DNA of 52,816 bases, from positions 1 through 52,816 of IMG/VR virus record IMGVR_UViG_3300032284_000652, one strand, 5' to 3'. This DNA is from a virus. Its lineage: Duplodnaviria; Caudoviricetes. Of this stretch, positions 1 through 9,252 are shown piece by piece; position 1 is the first letter of the stretch, and each line of letters opens with the position of its first letter. The position numbers were made by a program, and so were the translations under genes. Under the pieces are notes generated by a model that made no database searches, had not been told where the DNA came from, and was given only the letters and a program-made list of their open reading frames with translations.

Positions 1-122
1 CCACGCCCGACACCGCGCCGCAGGGCGGCGGCCCGACAAGCAAGGCCACGCCCGACACCGCGCCGCAGGGCGGCGGCCCGACAAGCAAGGCCACGCCCGA
101 CACCGCGCCGCAGGGCGGCGGC
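1..122 (+). repeat. 45-bp coding tandem repeat (ATPDTAPQGGGPTSK), left end of contig
   Basis: Unit ccacgcccgacaccgcgccgcagggcggcggcccgacaagcaagg repeats ~2.7 times; bases 1-92 are identical to 52725-52816. Confidence 0.97.
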
Positions 123-1757
123 CTGATGGGCAAGGCCATGCACGCCGGGAGCGACATTCTGGGCGGTCTGGGCAGCGCCACAAAGCGGTACGGCGAAAGT
201 CTCGGCCGTGGCGAAGGGCAATCGTGGATACCGCTCCTGAGCGGCATTGCAGCCATGGGCGCGGCACCCACCCGCAGCCTCGGCGTGGCCCTTGCCAGTG
301 GCCTCGGGGCGGGCACGCAGGCCTACCAGAAGCAGCAAGGGTACGGCCTTGAAGGGCAAAAGGTCCAGAACGAGGCCAACCGCGTGGCGGCTATGGCTGA
401 TACCGCGCGCCTTGCGGGGATCAAGGCCGCAGTGGAGACGGCCGGTTCGCAGTTTATTGACATGACGGGTCAAGCTGGAAAAGTTGAGGGCCGCGATTAT
501 CCCGTTGGAAAAAATTGGTACTATCAGGGACTGTTCTTCTCCCCTCAGGAAAAGGCCCAGTACATGGCCCAATTGGTTTCGGAGCAGGGATCGCGTCAAA
601 TTGGGAAGATCAATACACCCCCGATTTCCTTCAAGATCGCGTCAAATAATTCTGGCACAGCCTTTGTTCCAAGCACTGATGGGGCCACGCCCGCCGTCCC
701 CGCGCCGCAGGGCGCTGAAGCGCAGCCGCAAGGCGGCGGAGTAGCTCAGCCACATATTGCCGGATCGACCGCGCAAGTTGGGCGCCCTCAAGTCCCCGCC
801 GCGCCTGATCCGCTGCAAAAGTATCGCTTTGGGCCCCAGCCCACTGTTGAAACTTCAGGCGTGGATGAAAGTGGCGTTCCCCTTGCGTCAAGGTATTCGG
901 CGCAGATGGCGCGGGCCAGAGCCGCCGCAAATTCAGGCGCTTCTCCCGAGGCCGTGGACGCTATCCGAAAATCTGCAGAAAGCGTGCTGGCCGATCCGCA
1001 ATATGCGTCGATATACGCGCCATATCTGACAAAGCTGAAGGCTTGGAAGGACAGGCAGGCGAGCGGCCAAGGCGTATATTCTGATGAGGCTCGAAACATG
1101 GGCGAATTCAAGCAGGCGGCAACGGCGGTTGAAAAATCTTTGCACGATATTGCATACGCCCGCGCCGACACTGACACCAACACCCTGTCGTCCGCAATGG
1201 CGAGCGGCGTCGGAAACATCGCCAGCTTGCCCATTGTTGGGGGCTTGCTGCCCCCTCAGGCGAAGAAGTTCCAGTCTGATGTAGTGACCATGGACAAGGC
1301 CGCCACGACCCTTACGGCCAAAGAGGCACAACTCAGCGGCCTTATCCGCGCGCCCAAGGCCGCGCTTCAGGCGGAGCAGCCTACGAGCATCACGTCAGAT
1401 AAGCCGCCCAATTCTGCCTATGAAATGATGACGACCAAGCAGGCAAATATCTTGCAAGGAAAAGCATGGGCCGACGAGGTTCAGCGCCTTGCCGGGCAAG
1501 ATATTGACTGGAACGCATACAAAAGTGACTGGTTTGATCAGCACCCTGTTCAATCTTACGTTACCGATGCGGCCAAAAATTACCCCTTCTCGCGTGGAAT
1601 GTCGCCAGACGAAAAGCTGAAATACATTGAAAAGTCTTCGGGCGTTTTCAATAAAAAGAAAGAGATCGTTTACCATCCGGCAACCAAGGATCAACTTGAC
1701 GCCATTCCAGTTGGGTCGGTCTGGATGTCTGCCAATGGTAAATATCACCGAAAGTAG
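3..1757 (+). CDS. C-terminal part of a giant internal-virion/ejection polyprotein that starts at 49706 and crosses the contig junction
   Basis: Frame is open from base 3 and in frame with track ORF 126..1757. The repeat peptide is the same one encoded at the right end. Hydrophobic Gly/Ala segment LLSGIAAMGAAPTRSLGVALASGLGAG followed by helical sequence. Confidence 0.8.
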   Translation, partial: TPDTAPQGGGPTSKATPDTAPQGGGPTSKATPDTAPQGGGLMGKAMHAGSDILGGLGSATKRYGESLGRGEGQSWIPLLSGIAAMGAAPTRSLGVALASGLGAGTQAYQKQQGYGLEGQKVQNEANRVAAMADTARLAGIKAAVETAGSQFIDMTGQAGKVEGRDYPVGKNWYYQGLFFSPQEKAQYMAQLVSEQGSRQIGKINTPPISFKIASNNSGTAFVPSTDGATPAVPAPQGAEAQPQGGGVAQPHIAGSTAQVGRPQVPAAPDPLQKYRFGPQPTVETSGVDESGVPLASRYSAQMARARAAANSGASPEAVDAIRKSAESVLADPQYASIYAPYLTKLKAWKDRQASGQGVYSDEARNMGEFKQAATAVEKSLHDIAYARADTDTNTLSSAMASGVGNIASLPIVGGLLPPQAKKFQSDVVTMDKAATTLTAKEAQLSGLIRAPKAALQAEQPTSITSDKPPNSAYEMMTTKQANILQGKAWADEVQRLAGQDIDWNAYKSDWFDQHPVQSYVTDAAKNYPFSRGMSPDEKLKYIEKSSGVFNKKKEIVYHPATKDQLDAIPVGSVWMSANGKYHRK

Positions 1758-1769
1758 GGGAGAGGCACC

Positions 1770-4253
1770 ATGCCCAGCGCTCAAAAACTAATCCCCCCTA
1801 ACTTTTGGCAAAAGGCAGGGGATGCCCTTTATGAAGGGGCGCAAAATTTTGGCCCCGAGTGGCTGAACACGGTCAATCCCAAAAACCTGCCCCAGACCAT
1901 TGAGGGCCTGAGCCGGTTGGGAGGGCTGGGCCTCACGCTTGATAAGGCCCTGTATGATCCCAACTACGCCAAGGACCATCCCAAAGATGCGGCGCTTATG
2001 GATGCGCTGCAGACCCACGGCCGGTTGGGGCTGAGCCTCACGGGTGAGGAGCCCCTGAATGGTCCCAACTACGCCAAGTACCATCCCGAAGAGGCGGCGA
2101 TTCGGGATGCGCTGCGGACCTACTATGGCAATTACGGATCGTGGCATGGCGTGTCTCAAAATGTGCGCCACCATCCGGTGGGAGCGCTGTCTGACGCGGC
2201 TCTGGCAGTTGAAATGGGGCTTGCCCCATTCACCGAGGGAGCGTCCATGTCCGTCGCCCCTCTCACAAGCGGCCTGACATTAAATCGCGTCTTGGCCATC
2301 GCAAATAGAGCGGCGTCCCTGACCGGAAAGGCCACTAGCCCCTTCCTTGTCCCCTCGGTTGCGGCCAAGGTGGCCAAGCCTGTCGCCAGCCGGGCGGCGG
2401 GACTGGTCATGCGGGTGCCCCGCGCAAACATTGTTGACAGCAGCGGAACACTTACCTCGACGGCGCGCAAGGCCATCGTGGACGCCTTTGGTGGCAAGGT
2501 GGACCCTCAAAAAGTTGTCGAGTTGCATCCCGGCTTGATTGATGACCTTCAAAAGGGCGGGGTAACCCCCGCCAACGTGCGGCAATCTGTCGCCCGAGCG
2601 CAGGGCGTTGATTTGACCAGATCGATGGCCACTGGGAAAAAGCCGCCGCAAGCGGCCGCCGACATTACCTCCAGCGCCAAGGAAAAGGCATCTGGAGACC
2701 TGTCATCCCATGTTGAAAGCATCGTTCCTCCGCCGACAATGTCAATTGGTGATTCAATATCTCAAGCATTTAATGCATCAAAGAGTAATGTAAAAAACCT
2801 TTACGACAAGTTCAAAGACAATAAAGGTGTAATTGATCCTAATTTTTCAGGCGATATTATGTCTTCAATTGACGACAGGCTGAAAAATTCTGGACTTACT
2901 CTTGGCGACCTTTCAGAAAAGCATGAAAGCGTTATCCCCAATGCCAAAATCGGCATGGCTGAAATTAAGCGCCTGACAGATAAACTGAACCGGGGGGAGC
3001 CTGTCGGCGCCCCTCAGGTGAACGATACCGCAAAGACACTGAACTCTCTCTGGGAGGGCTCCAGTAGCTATGATCGAGAGCTTCTGAGCGCTGTGCGCAA
3101 GGGATTCTACGATTCAATTGAGAACATTCCTCCGTGGAAATTTTCCGACGATGTAAAGCAGTTCGCGTCCGATTTTAAGAATGCGCGCGGGGCCTATGAG
3201 GCGCAAGCCAATCAGTTCTTGGGAAATGACGAAATTGCGAGGGCGCGGAAGCTGGCCGAGGCGGGGGACACTCCAGCCGCCACAAAGCTCATATCTGACA
3301 GCCTGATCCATCCCGAGACTGGAGAGATGAAGCCCAATTCAGACGCCATTTTGGACAGGCTGCACGCCATTGGGGTCGGCGATACGGCGGAGCGTCATGT
3401 CGCGCATGTAGCGGCTTCGATTGTGGGAGACCCCGGCTCTTCGGCCACCGCAGTCGAGAACGCCTCAACCAATCGGTTCCTCTCCCCCGATGAGGCCGAC
3501 AGACTTGCGCTTGCGCGTCAGACAAAAGAAATCGTCGGCCAGACCCCCACCCCGTCCAATGCGTGGACCCTTGGCCGCCTCGCCCGCACGGGGACGGGCG
3601 CGATGATCGGGGCCGGTACAAGCGCGTTCCTCGGACATCTCGGCCTGCCCCCGGCCATCTCCGTGCCCGCCTTCGGGGCTATCGGTGGCGCGCTCGAAAC
3701 TGCGGTCGATAAAAGAATTGCGGGCCCAATGGAGCGCAGGGCTGAAGCCGCCGGGGCTCCGGTGGAGCGAAACGTCATAAACCCCTCCGGTCTTACAGAT
3801 GGGAAAGCTGCCCCTGCGGTACGCCTGGCCAAGACTGCGGCCAATTATGCCGCGAGGCGAAGCGAGGAGCCCTACAATCCCCAAGAGGATGGGGCGCTTC
3901 CAATCGATGAGCGAATGAGGCCCCCCGAGCCACAGCCGTCTCAAGAGATCGCGCCAGACGCCGACCAGCCACCGGCCGAGCCTGTGAAAGACCCCCGAAT
4001 GGCCGCGCCGCCTGGATCGGATAATGATGTCATCACTCCAGATCAGCCCGAGCCTCACTTTGGCGGCGGCCGGGTGGGCCGGGCGTCGGGCGGCAAAGTC
4101 CACAACGTGCGCCGCCACGAATATCTGGTGGACCGCCTGCTGAAGGCCGCGAAAGATGCTAAGAAGATGACTGACAAGACCACCGAGCCGCTGCTGAACG
4201 TGCCGGACGAGCATATCGTCAAGGCGCTCGACGTGGCCCAGCGGGCAATCTGA
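1770..4253 (+). CDS. Large internal virion (ejection) protein with C-terminal RASGG-tagged module
   Basis: 827-aa ORF with RBS (ggagagg), located between the ejection polyprotein and the tail fibre. Ala-rich helical with a hydrophobic Gly-rich segment; HFGGG and RASGG precede the last ~50 aa. Confidence 0.7.
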   Translation: MPSAQKLIPPNFWQKAGDALYEGAQNFGPEWLNTVNPKNLPQTIEGLSRLGGLGLTLDKALYDPNYAKDHPKDAALMDALQTHGRLGLSLTGEEPLNGPNYAKYHPEEAAIRDALRTYYGNYGSWHGVSQNVRHHPVGALSDAALAVEMGLAPFTEGASMSVAPLTSGLTLNRVLAIANRAASLTGKATSPFLVPSVAAKVAKPVASRAAGLVMRVPRANIVDSSGTLTSTARKAIVDAFGGKVDPQKVVELHPGLIDDLQKGGVTPANVRQSVARAQGVDLTRSMATGKKPPQAAADITSSAKEKASGDLSSHVESIVPPPTMSIGDSISQAFNASKSNVKNLYDKFKDNKGVIDPNFSGDIMSSIDDRLKNSGLTLGDLSEKHESVIPNAKIGMAEIKRLTDKLNRGEPVGAPQVNDTAKTLNSLWEGSSSYDRELLSAVRKGFYDSIENIPPWKFSDDVKQFASDFKNARGAYEAQANQFLGNDEIARARKLAEAGDTPAATKLISDSLIHPETGEMKPNSDAILDRLHAIGVGDTAERHVAHVAASIVGDPGSSATAVENASTNRFLSPDEADRLALARQTKEIVGQTPTPSNAWTLGRLARTGTGAMIGAGTSAFLGHLGLPPAISVPAFGAIGGALETAVDKRIAGPMERRAEAAGAPVERNVINPSGLTDGKAAPAVRLAKTAANYAARRSEEPYNPQEDGALPIDERMRPPEPQPSQEIAPDADQPPAEPVKDPRMAAPPGSDNDVITPDQPEPHFGGGRVGRASGGKVHNVRRHEYLVDRLLKAAKDAKKMTDKTTEPLLNVPDEHIVKALDVAQRAI
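1923..2120 (+). repeat. Diverged 105-bp (35-aa) internal tandem duplication
   Basis: GLTL...PNYAKDHPKDAALMDALQT versus GLSL...PNYAKYHPEEAAIRDALRT. Confidence 0.85.
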
Positions 4254-4263
4254 GGGCTGAGCA

Positions 4264-6417
4264 ATGGCTTCCACTTACACGACGAACAAGGGCCTCGAAC
4301 AGCCCGCCAACAACGACTACGTCGGGAACTGGAACCTGCCGGTGAACGCCGACTGGTCCACCATCGATACCGCCTTTGGCGGGTATCAGGTGCTGAACCC
4401 GACCGGCCTGTCCGGCGTGGTGGCCCTCACGTCCTCTACGAGCGGCACACAGCCCTATACGCGCACGGCGCAGTGGCAGGCCCCGAACATCGTCATTGGC
4501 ACGTCCCTGAGCGGCGTGGCGACCCTGACGGCCAATGTGAACTACCAGCTTCCCTCCGGCATCGGCGGCGTCTGGACGATCTACAACAACACCACCGGGG
4601 CCTACACGATCACCTTCTCGTCGGCGGGCGGCGGATCGTCGGTGGTCCTGCCGCAAGGCTACCGCACTTCGGTGGTCAGCGACGGCACCAACGTGCAGGT
4701 GGCCGTCACGGGCTCCACCACGTTCGCCTCGACCGCCCACCGCTTCCTTGGCTCGACCAGCGGCTACATGGCCTTCCAAGGGCCCGCCGTGGGCAACAAC
4801 ACGACGTGGACCCTGCCCGGCACGGACGGATCGTCTGGGCAGGTGCTGTCCACCAACGGGTCGGCGGTCCTGTCGTGGGCGTCGGTGGCCGCCACAGCGT
4901 CGGCCCTGACTGCCGGGTCGGTGCTGTTTGGCAACGCCAGCGGCCAGATCGCGCAGGACAATGCCAAGCTCTACTGGGACGACACCAACTACCGGCTGGG
5001 GGTAGGGACCTCCAGCCCGATCAGCACTCTGGATGTTTTGGGGTCACAGGCGGCATTTCGCACGTCCGCCGGGCCGATCTTGGCCATCACCCCGTCAGGA
5101 TCGGCGGGTGGCGGCGCTGACATCTCGTCCAGCTTCTCCGCTGGTGGCTACGGTCCCCTGACGCTCACGACGAGCGGCACTGAGCGAATGCGTATCCTCG
5201 CCGCCGGTAACGTGTCTATTGGTGCCAGCGCCGCAGGCGGCTGGCTCAACGTGCAGGGCTTCTCGTCCTACCGGGGCGATGGCTACACCGTGGCCTCGTT
5301 CGCGGCCAACTCCACGCTGGCCCCGCTGAACATCGTCCAGAACAACAACGGCACATACCCCGGTATCGCGGCGGGGCAGAACTCGTCCGCCGCGTTCCAG
5401 CCGCTGGCGTTCTTCACGTCCGACACTGAACGGATGACCATCACGGTGGGCGGAAACGTCGGTATTGGAAATTCTAATCCCGCTTATCCGCTCGATGTTA
5501 CCGGACAAATGCGGGCGGGCGGCGGATATTTTGGCGCTGACGGCACCAACGGATACATCAGCATCGCTCAAGGCACCACGACCAACACCGGCTTTGTGGG
5601 CTTCTACCTCGGCAATGGCACCCGCAACGGCTACATTGGCTACGGCGGCGGCGCGGGCGGCACGATCAACTTCTGGGGCGAACTGTCGTCGGCCATGGTG
5701 TTTGCCACCAACGGCACCGAGCGCATGCGGATCAGTGGCGCTGGCCTTGTCGGCATTGGTACGTCCGCTCCCGGTTATCCGCTCGATGTTACTGGCCAAC
5801 TCCGAACCACGAACGCCATCTTTGCCGGCTATGACGGCACCAATGGCTTTACGGCGCTTGTTCAAGGAGGCGCTTCATACAGTGGATTTCTGGCATTCTA
5901 TAATGGTTCCAGTACTCGTTGGGGATATATTGGCAATAGTGGAGGCCCGGGCGGAACAATTAATCTTTGGGCCGATGTGTCAACCGCTTGGGTTATCGGC
6001 ACGAACGCTACTGAACGTATGCGTATTACAGGTGGCGGCGAAATCTACATGGCCGCAGCCCAATCCCCAACGCAGACTTATGACGTGGGGTATCTGGGCA
6101 TCCCGCAAGTCGGCGGCGCAGCTAAAACGGGAAATTACACGGCGGTCCTTGCGGACGCGGGACAGCAAATCCTGTTCAACGCCACAGGCCTCACGGGCAC
6201 CATCCCCGCCAACGGCTCAGTTGCCTACCCCATCGGCACCACGCTGACGTTCATCAACATTTTTGCGGGCAACCTGAGCATCGCCATCACAACCGACACC
6301 ATGACGCTGGCTAACTCCACCACCACCGGCACCCGCACGTTGGTTCAGAATGGCGTTGCCACGGCCATCAAGTATACCGCCACGTCGTGGATCATCTCCG
6401 GCGTGGGGCTCTCCTGA
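4264..6417 (+). CDS. Tail fibre protein
   Basis: Gly/Thr/Ser-rich; N-terminal attachment-like segment (MASTYT...W...VN..W..ID); four TERM(R/T)I...G.V.IG repeats typical of phage fibres. Confidence 0.85.
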   Translation: MASTYTTNKGLEQPANNDYVGNWNLPVNADWSTIDTAFGGYQVLNPTGLSGVVALTSSTSGTQPYTRTAQWQAPNIVIGTSLSGVATLTANVNYQLPSGIGGVWTIYNNTTGAYTITFSSAGGGSSVVLPQGYRTSVVSDGTNVQVAVTGSTTFASTAHRFLGSTSGYMAFQGPAVGNNTTWTLPGTDGSSGQVLSTNGSAVLSWASVAATASALTAGSVLFGNASGQIAQDNAKLYWDDTNYRLGVGTSSPISTLDVLGSQAAFRTSAGPILAITPSGSAGGGADISSSFSAGGYGPLTLTTSGTERMRILAAGNVSIGASAAGGWLNVQGFSSYRGDGYTVASFAANSTLAPLNIVQNNNGTYPGIAAGQNSSAAFQPLAFFTSDTERMTITVGGNVGIGNSNPAYPLDVTGQMRAGGGYFGADGTNGYISIAQGTTTNTGFVGFYLGNGTRNGYIGYGGGAGGTINFWGELSSAMVFATNGTERMRISGAGLVGIGTSAPGYPLDVTGQLRTTNAIFAGYDGTNGFTALVQGGASYSGFLAFYNGSSTRWGYIGNSGGPGGTINLWADVSTAWVIGTNATERMRITGGGEIYMAAAQSPTQTYDVGYLGIPQVGGAAKTGNYTAVLADAGQQILFNATGLTGTIPANGSVAYPIGTTLTFINIFAGNLSIAITTDTMTLANSTTTGTRTLVQNGVATAIKYTATSWIISGVGLS

Positions 6418-6941
6418 TGGCTGGCGCTGTTGCAGGGCTCATGGCCTCGTTTGGCGGTATCAACGTGGTCCGCACCTACACGTCTGGAAGCGGCAGCACG
6501 TCCATCCCCACGGGCGGGTCGTACGTCATCATTGAGGTCTACGGCGGCGGCGGCGCGGGCGGCACGGGATCGAGCCTTTGCGTTGGCTTTGCGGGTGGCG
6601 TCGGAGGAAATGGCGGCTACGTCAAGAAGACCCTCCCCCTGACCGGCGCGAATGTCGGCCAGACCTTCAACTATGTGGTCGGGCCCGGCGGCACCACGGC
6701 CGCAGGCACGGCCTCCACCGCCACCAATGGCACCTTCCCGACTTCTGTCTCCATGTCGGGCGGCGGCGGTGGGCGTGGCGTGAACGGCGCTAGTGGGGGC
6801 GCGGCCGGAACGCCGGGGACCGCCTCGGGCGGCGATGTCAACACGGCGGGCGGCGGATCGGCGGGCGGCAGCGGCGGCACTGTGCCAAATGGAACTGGCG
6901 GCGCTGGCTCCAACGGGATTGTCCGGTTCACGTTCCACTGA
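6417..6941 (+). CDS. Glycine-rich distal fibre/adhesin-like protein
   Basis: ATG overlaps the fibre stop (TGATG); GGGGAGG...GGNGGY glycine-rich pattern. Confidence 0.75.
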   Translation: MAGAVAGLMASFGGINVVRTYTSGSGSTSIPTGGSYVIIEVYGGGGAGGTGSSLCVGFAGGVGGNGGYVKKTLPLTGANVGQTFNYVVGPGGTTAAGTASTATNGTFPTSVSMSGGGGGRGVNGASGGAAGTPGTASGGDVNTAGGGSAGGSGGTVPNGTGGAGSNGIVRFTFH

Positions 6942-7267
6942 TGCTGCTCTACCGCTTCACGCGCGACGGCGAGGTCACCAGCCTCAATCTGCATTTCCAG
7001 TTCAAGGGCGACGTGCTGGAGCTTCACGCGCACCCGGAGAGCAGCTTCCATGACGTGCGGATCGACCGGGGCGCGGTGTCGATCTACGGGCCCGGCCGCA
7101 GGTGGGAGATCATCGGCAAGGCCGGAGACTTCGTGGCCCTGACCGACGAGCAGCAGGAGCATGAGATCACGGCACTGCAGGACGACACTCTGTTAGCAAA
7201 TGTGTATAAGGGTCCCCAGCCTCAAATGGAGGCGCTCATCAAGCCCGACTGGGCCCCCTACGAATAA
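6941..7267 (+). CDS. Cupin-like small protein
   Basis: Coupled start; GDVLELHAH...FH...HEITALQDDT metal-binding cupin-like pattern. Confidence 0.6.
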   Translation: MLLYRFTRDGEVTSLNLHFQFKGDVLELHAHPESSFHDVRIDRGAVSIYGPGRRWEIIGKAGDFVALTDEQQEHEITALQDDTLLANVYKGPQPQMEALIKPDWAPYE

Positions 7268-7277
7268 GGACCCCACC

Positions 7278-7607
7278 ATGGCCGTCACCTACACTTGGAC
7301 CTTCCCCCAGCTTAACGTGCAGACGAGCGCCTACGGCAAGACCGACGTGGTCTATAGCGTCAACTACGTCCTGACCGGGGACGACGGCGAGGGCCACACG
7401 GCTCAGGCCTACGGCACCTGCGCCATTCCTTACGACGCCGACGACCCCTTCATTGACTTCCCCGGCCTGACGCTGGATGTCGTGCAGGGCTGGGTGACCA
7501 AGAACCTCGGCGCGGATCAGGTGACCAGCATCGAGGCCTACCTCTCGACCCAGATCGCGGATCAGATTAATCCTCCGACTGCGACCCTGCCCCCGCCGTG
7601 GGGCTGA
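7278..7607 (+). CDS. Tail-fibre-associated protein (assembly/chaperone-like)
   Basis: RBS aaggac then ATG; MAVTYTW...VQGWV...NPPT..LPPPW pattern seen in genes next to phage fibres. Confidence 0.65.
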   Translation: MAVTYTWTFPQLNVQTSAYGKTDVVYSVNYVLTGDDGEGHTAQAYGTCAIPYDADDPFIDFPGLTLDVVQGWVTKNLGADQVTSIEAYLSTQIADQINPPTATLPPPWG

Positions 7608-7624
7608 TATCTCAGGAGACTGTC

Positions 7625-7777
7625 ATGGAAATGAATGCAGACCAGCGTATCCGTATGACCATCGGCGATCTCGTCGTGCAGATGGAAATCGCGCGCGACC
7701 AGATCAAAGACCTGCAGGCGCAGCTTGACGCCGAGAAGGCCAAGAACGCCCCGCAGGAGCCGCCCAAGGAGGACTGA
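7625..7777 (+). CDS. Small coiled-coil protein (50 aa, not in ORF track)
   Basis: RBS caggag; MEMNADQRIRMTIGDLVVQMEIARDQIKDLQAQLDAEKAKNAPQEPPKED. Confidence 0.7.
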   Translation: MEMNADQRIRMTIGDLVVQMEIARDQIKDLQAQLDAEKAKNAPQEPPKED

Positions 7778-7780
7778 GCC

Positions 7781-7966
7781 ATGATGCAGGAGATGAGCGA
7801 TGCCGTCATCCGACACGCCCTCACGGGCGCTGGCGCGGTCATGGTGGCCCATGGTTACGGAACCAATGACCAAGTGCAGGCTGTGGTCGGCGGTATCATG
7901 GCGGCAATCAGCATCTACATGTCCTACCGCCACAAGCAGGCCATGCTGGCCAAGCAAGGGAACTGA
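7781..7966 (+). CDS. Putative two-TM holin
   Basis: IRHALT..GA.MVA.G motif, two hydrophobic stretches, basic C-terminus. Confidence 0.6.
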   Translation: MMQEMSDAVIRHALTGAGAVMVAHGYGTNDQVQAVVGGIMAAISIYMSYRHKQAMLAKQGN

Positions 7967-7970
7967 AGTA

Positions 7971-8222
7971 ATGTCTCAACTCTCCTCCGCCGCCAAGGCG
8001 TTCAAGGCGACCGGCGACGTCGGCGCGCTGGTCACCAACATCGTCTCGGACCTCCAGAAGGACTTCGCGTGGCTCCAGAGTATCCCCGGCGTGACGCTGC
8101 TGGAGGGCTGGGTCGTGAACTTCATCGGGGCTGAACTGGCTGCCGCCGGGGCCTCGGCCACGCTGGTGGACTTCGTCAAGACGGCGATCCTGAATGCAAT
8201 CGATCCGCCACGGAACGGCTGA
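7971..8222 (+). CDS. Hypothetical protein
   Basis: ATG at 7971 just after the holin stop; phage-like codon usage; ends before a terminator. Confidence 0.65.
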   Translation: MSQLSSAAKAFKATGDVGALVTNIVSDLQKDFAWLQSIPGVTLLEGWVVNFIGAELAAAGASATLVDFVKTAILNAIDPPRNG

Positions 8223-8227
8223 AACAA

Positions 8228-8251
8228 AACGGGGGGCTTTCGCCCCCCGTT
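8228..8251. terminator. Terminator hairpin between convergent operons
   Basis: aacggggggc-tttc-gccccccgtt perfect 10-bp stem; A-tract on the left gives a U-tract on the minus strand. Confidence 0.85.
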
Positions 8252-8253
8252 CC

Positions 8254-8499
8254 TCACTTGAACACCTTGATCTTGCCGATGATCAAAGGATTGAGGGCCA
8301 CCTGCCCCGCGAAATAGTATTCTTTCGTCTCTGCGTTACGATACCACTCGTCCACGATCAGAAAGTCCACGGACGACAGGGCTTTGATGAAGTCCTCCAA
8401 GCTCCTGACGGGGTATTCCGCAATCACCTGATGGACCAGATTGCCCGCCGTGAAGCTGGGCATGTTCATCGTCACCTGAAATTTCATTCCATACTCCAA
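8254..8499 (-). CDS. Hypothetical protein
   Basis: Last gene of the leftward operon; probable start at the second Met (MKFQVTMNMPS) after ggag. Confidence 0.7.
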   Translation of the reverse strand: MEYGMKFQVTMNMPSFTAGNLVHQVIAEYPVRSLEDFIKALSSVDFLIVDEWYRNAETKEYYFAGQVALNPLIIGKIKVFK

Positions 8500-8538
8500 T
8501 AGATGGGCGGGCGACGGCTAAGCCGCCCGCCCGGTATA

Positions 8539-9192
8539 TTAGCCGAAGTCGTCGTCGTCCGCCGTAGTAGCGGGCGGGGCGGCCTTAGTCGAGCCTGTAG
8601 CCGGGGGCGTGTTCGCCGGACGGCCAGCAGACGGCGCGGGCCGGGGCTGGGCCTCCAGATCGGCGGGGCGGGGAGCCCACGACCCGATCTCGAACTTCGG
8701 GCAATAGTTGGTGGACTTCTGGCCCTTGCCCTCCGACACGATGGGGATGGTGTCCACCATGGTCACCACCGGCAGCTTGCCGGGGTTGGCCTTCATACCG
8801 GCCAGATAGGCGTCGTGAAGCTCGTCCATGCCGCGCAGGAAGGCCTTGGACACGCTGGCGACCTCGCGGACATCACCGCCGCAGGACGGGGCCAGCTTGA
8901 TCAGGATGCGGACGCCGCCCTTGTGCTTGTCGGTCGGCGGGGTGCGCTGGGGGTGGGTGTCCGGGTAGGTCACCACGTCGAAGTCCGGGGCTTGCCCGGC
9001 CACGAAGGCGATCCAGCCGGTCTGGACGTTCTCGAAGTCGAACACCGCCTTGAAGTCGCGGGTGATGTCCACTTCGTCGTTCATATTGTCCGTCCGGTCT
9101 ACGCGAGCCCACCGGCCTGCCTTCGCATTGTATTTCACGACCGGGATGATATCGCCGCCGGTCGCGGCTTCATAGTTCACGCCAAGAGCCAT
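8539..9192 (-). CDS. Putative single-stranded DNA-binding/annealing protein
   Basis: Downstream of a nuclease; aromatic-rich core, Pro/Ala linker and acidic tail ADDDDFG. Confidence 0.6.
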   Translation of the reverse strand: MALGVNYEAATGGDIIPVVKYNAKAGRWARVDRTDNMNDEVDITRDFKAVFDFENVQTGWIAFVAGQAPDFDVVTYPDTHPQRTPPTDKHKGGVRILIKLAPSCGGDVREVASVSKAFLRGMDELHDAYLAGMKANPGKLPVVTMVDTIPIVSEGKGQKSTNYCPKFEIGSWAPRPADLEAQPRPAPSAGRPANTPPATGSTKAAPPATTADDDDFG

Positions 9193-9252
9193 GTGCTCGT
9201 CTCCATGTGCGGCTATCTGGCCAGCCGCTTGCCTTACCCCGTGGTGGGGATT

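Noticed and set aside
126-1757. Independent gene starting at ATG 126
   Set aside because: No RBS, and the frame is open upstream through the repeat; better explained as the tail of the 49706 ORF.
6417-6941. GG dipeptides in the glycine-rich fibre protein as part of the GG-motif system
   Set aside because: They are poly-Gly structural runs that mostly lack the basic/aromatic-Ala/Lys prefix and do not separate domains.
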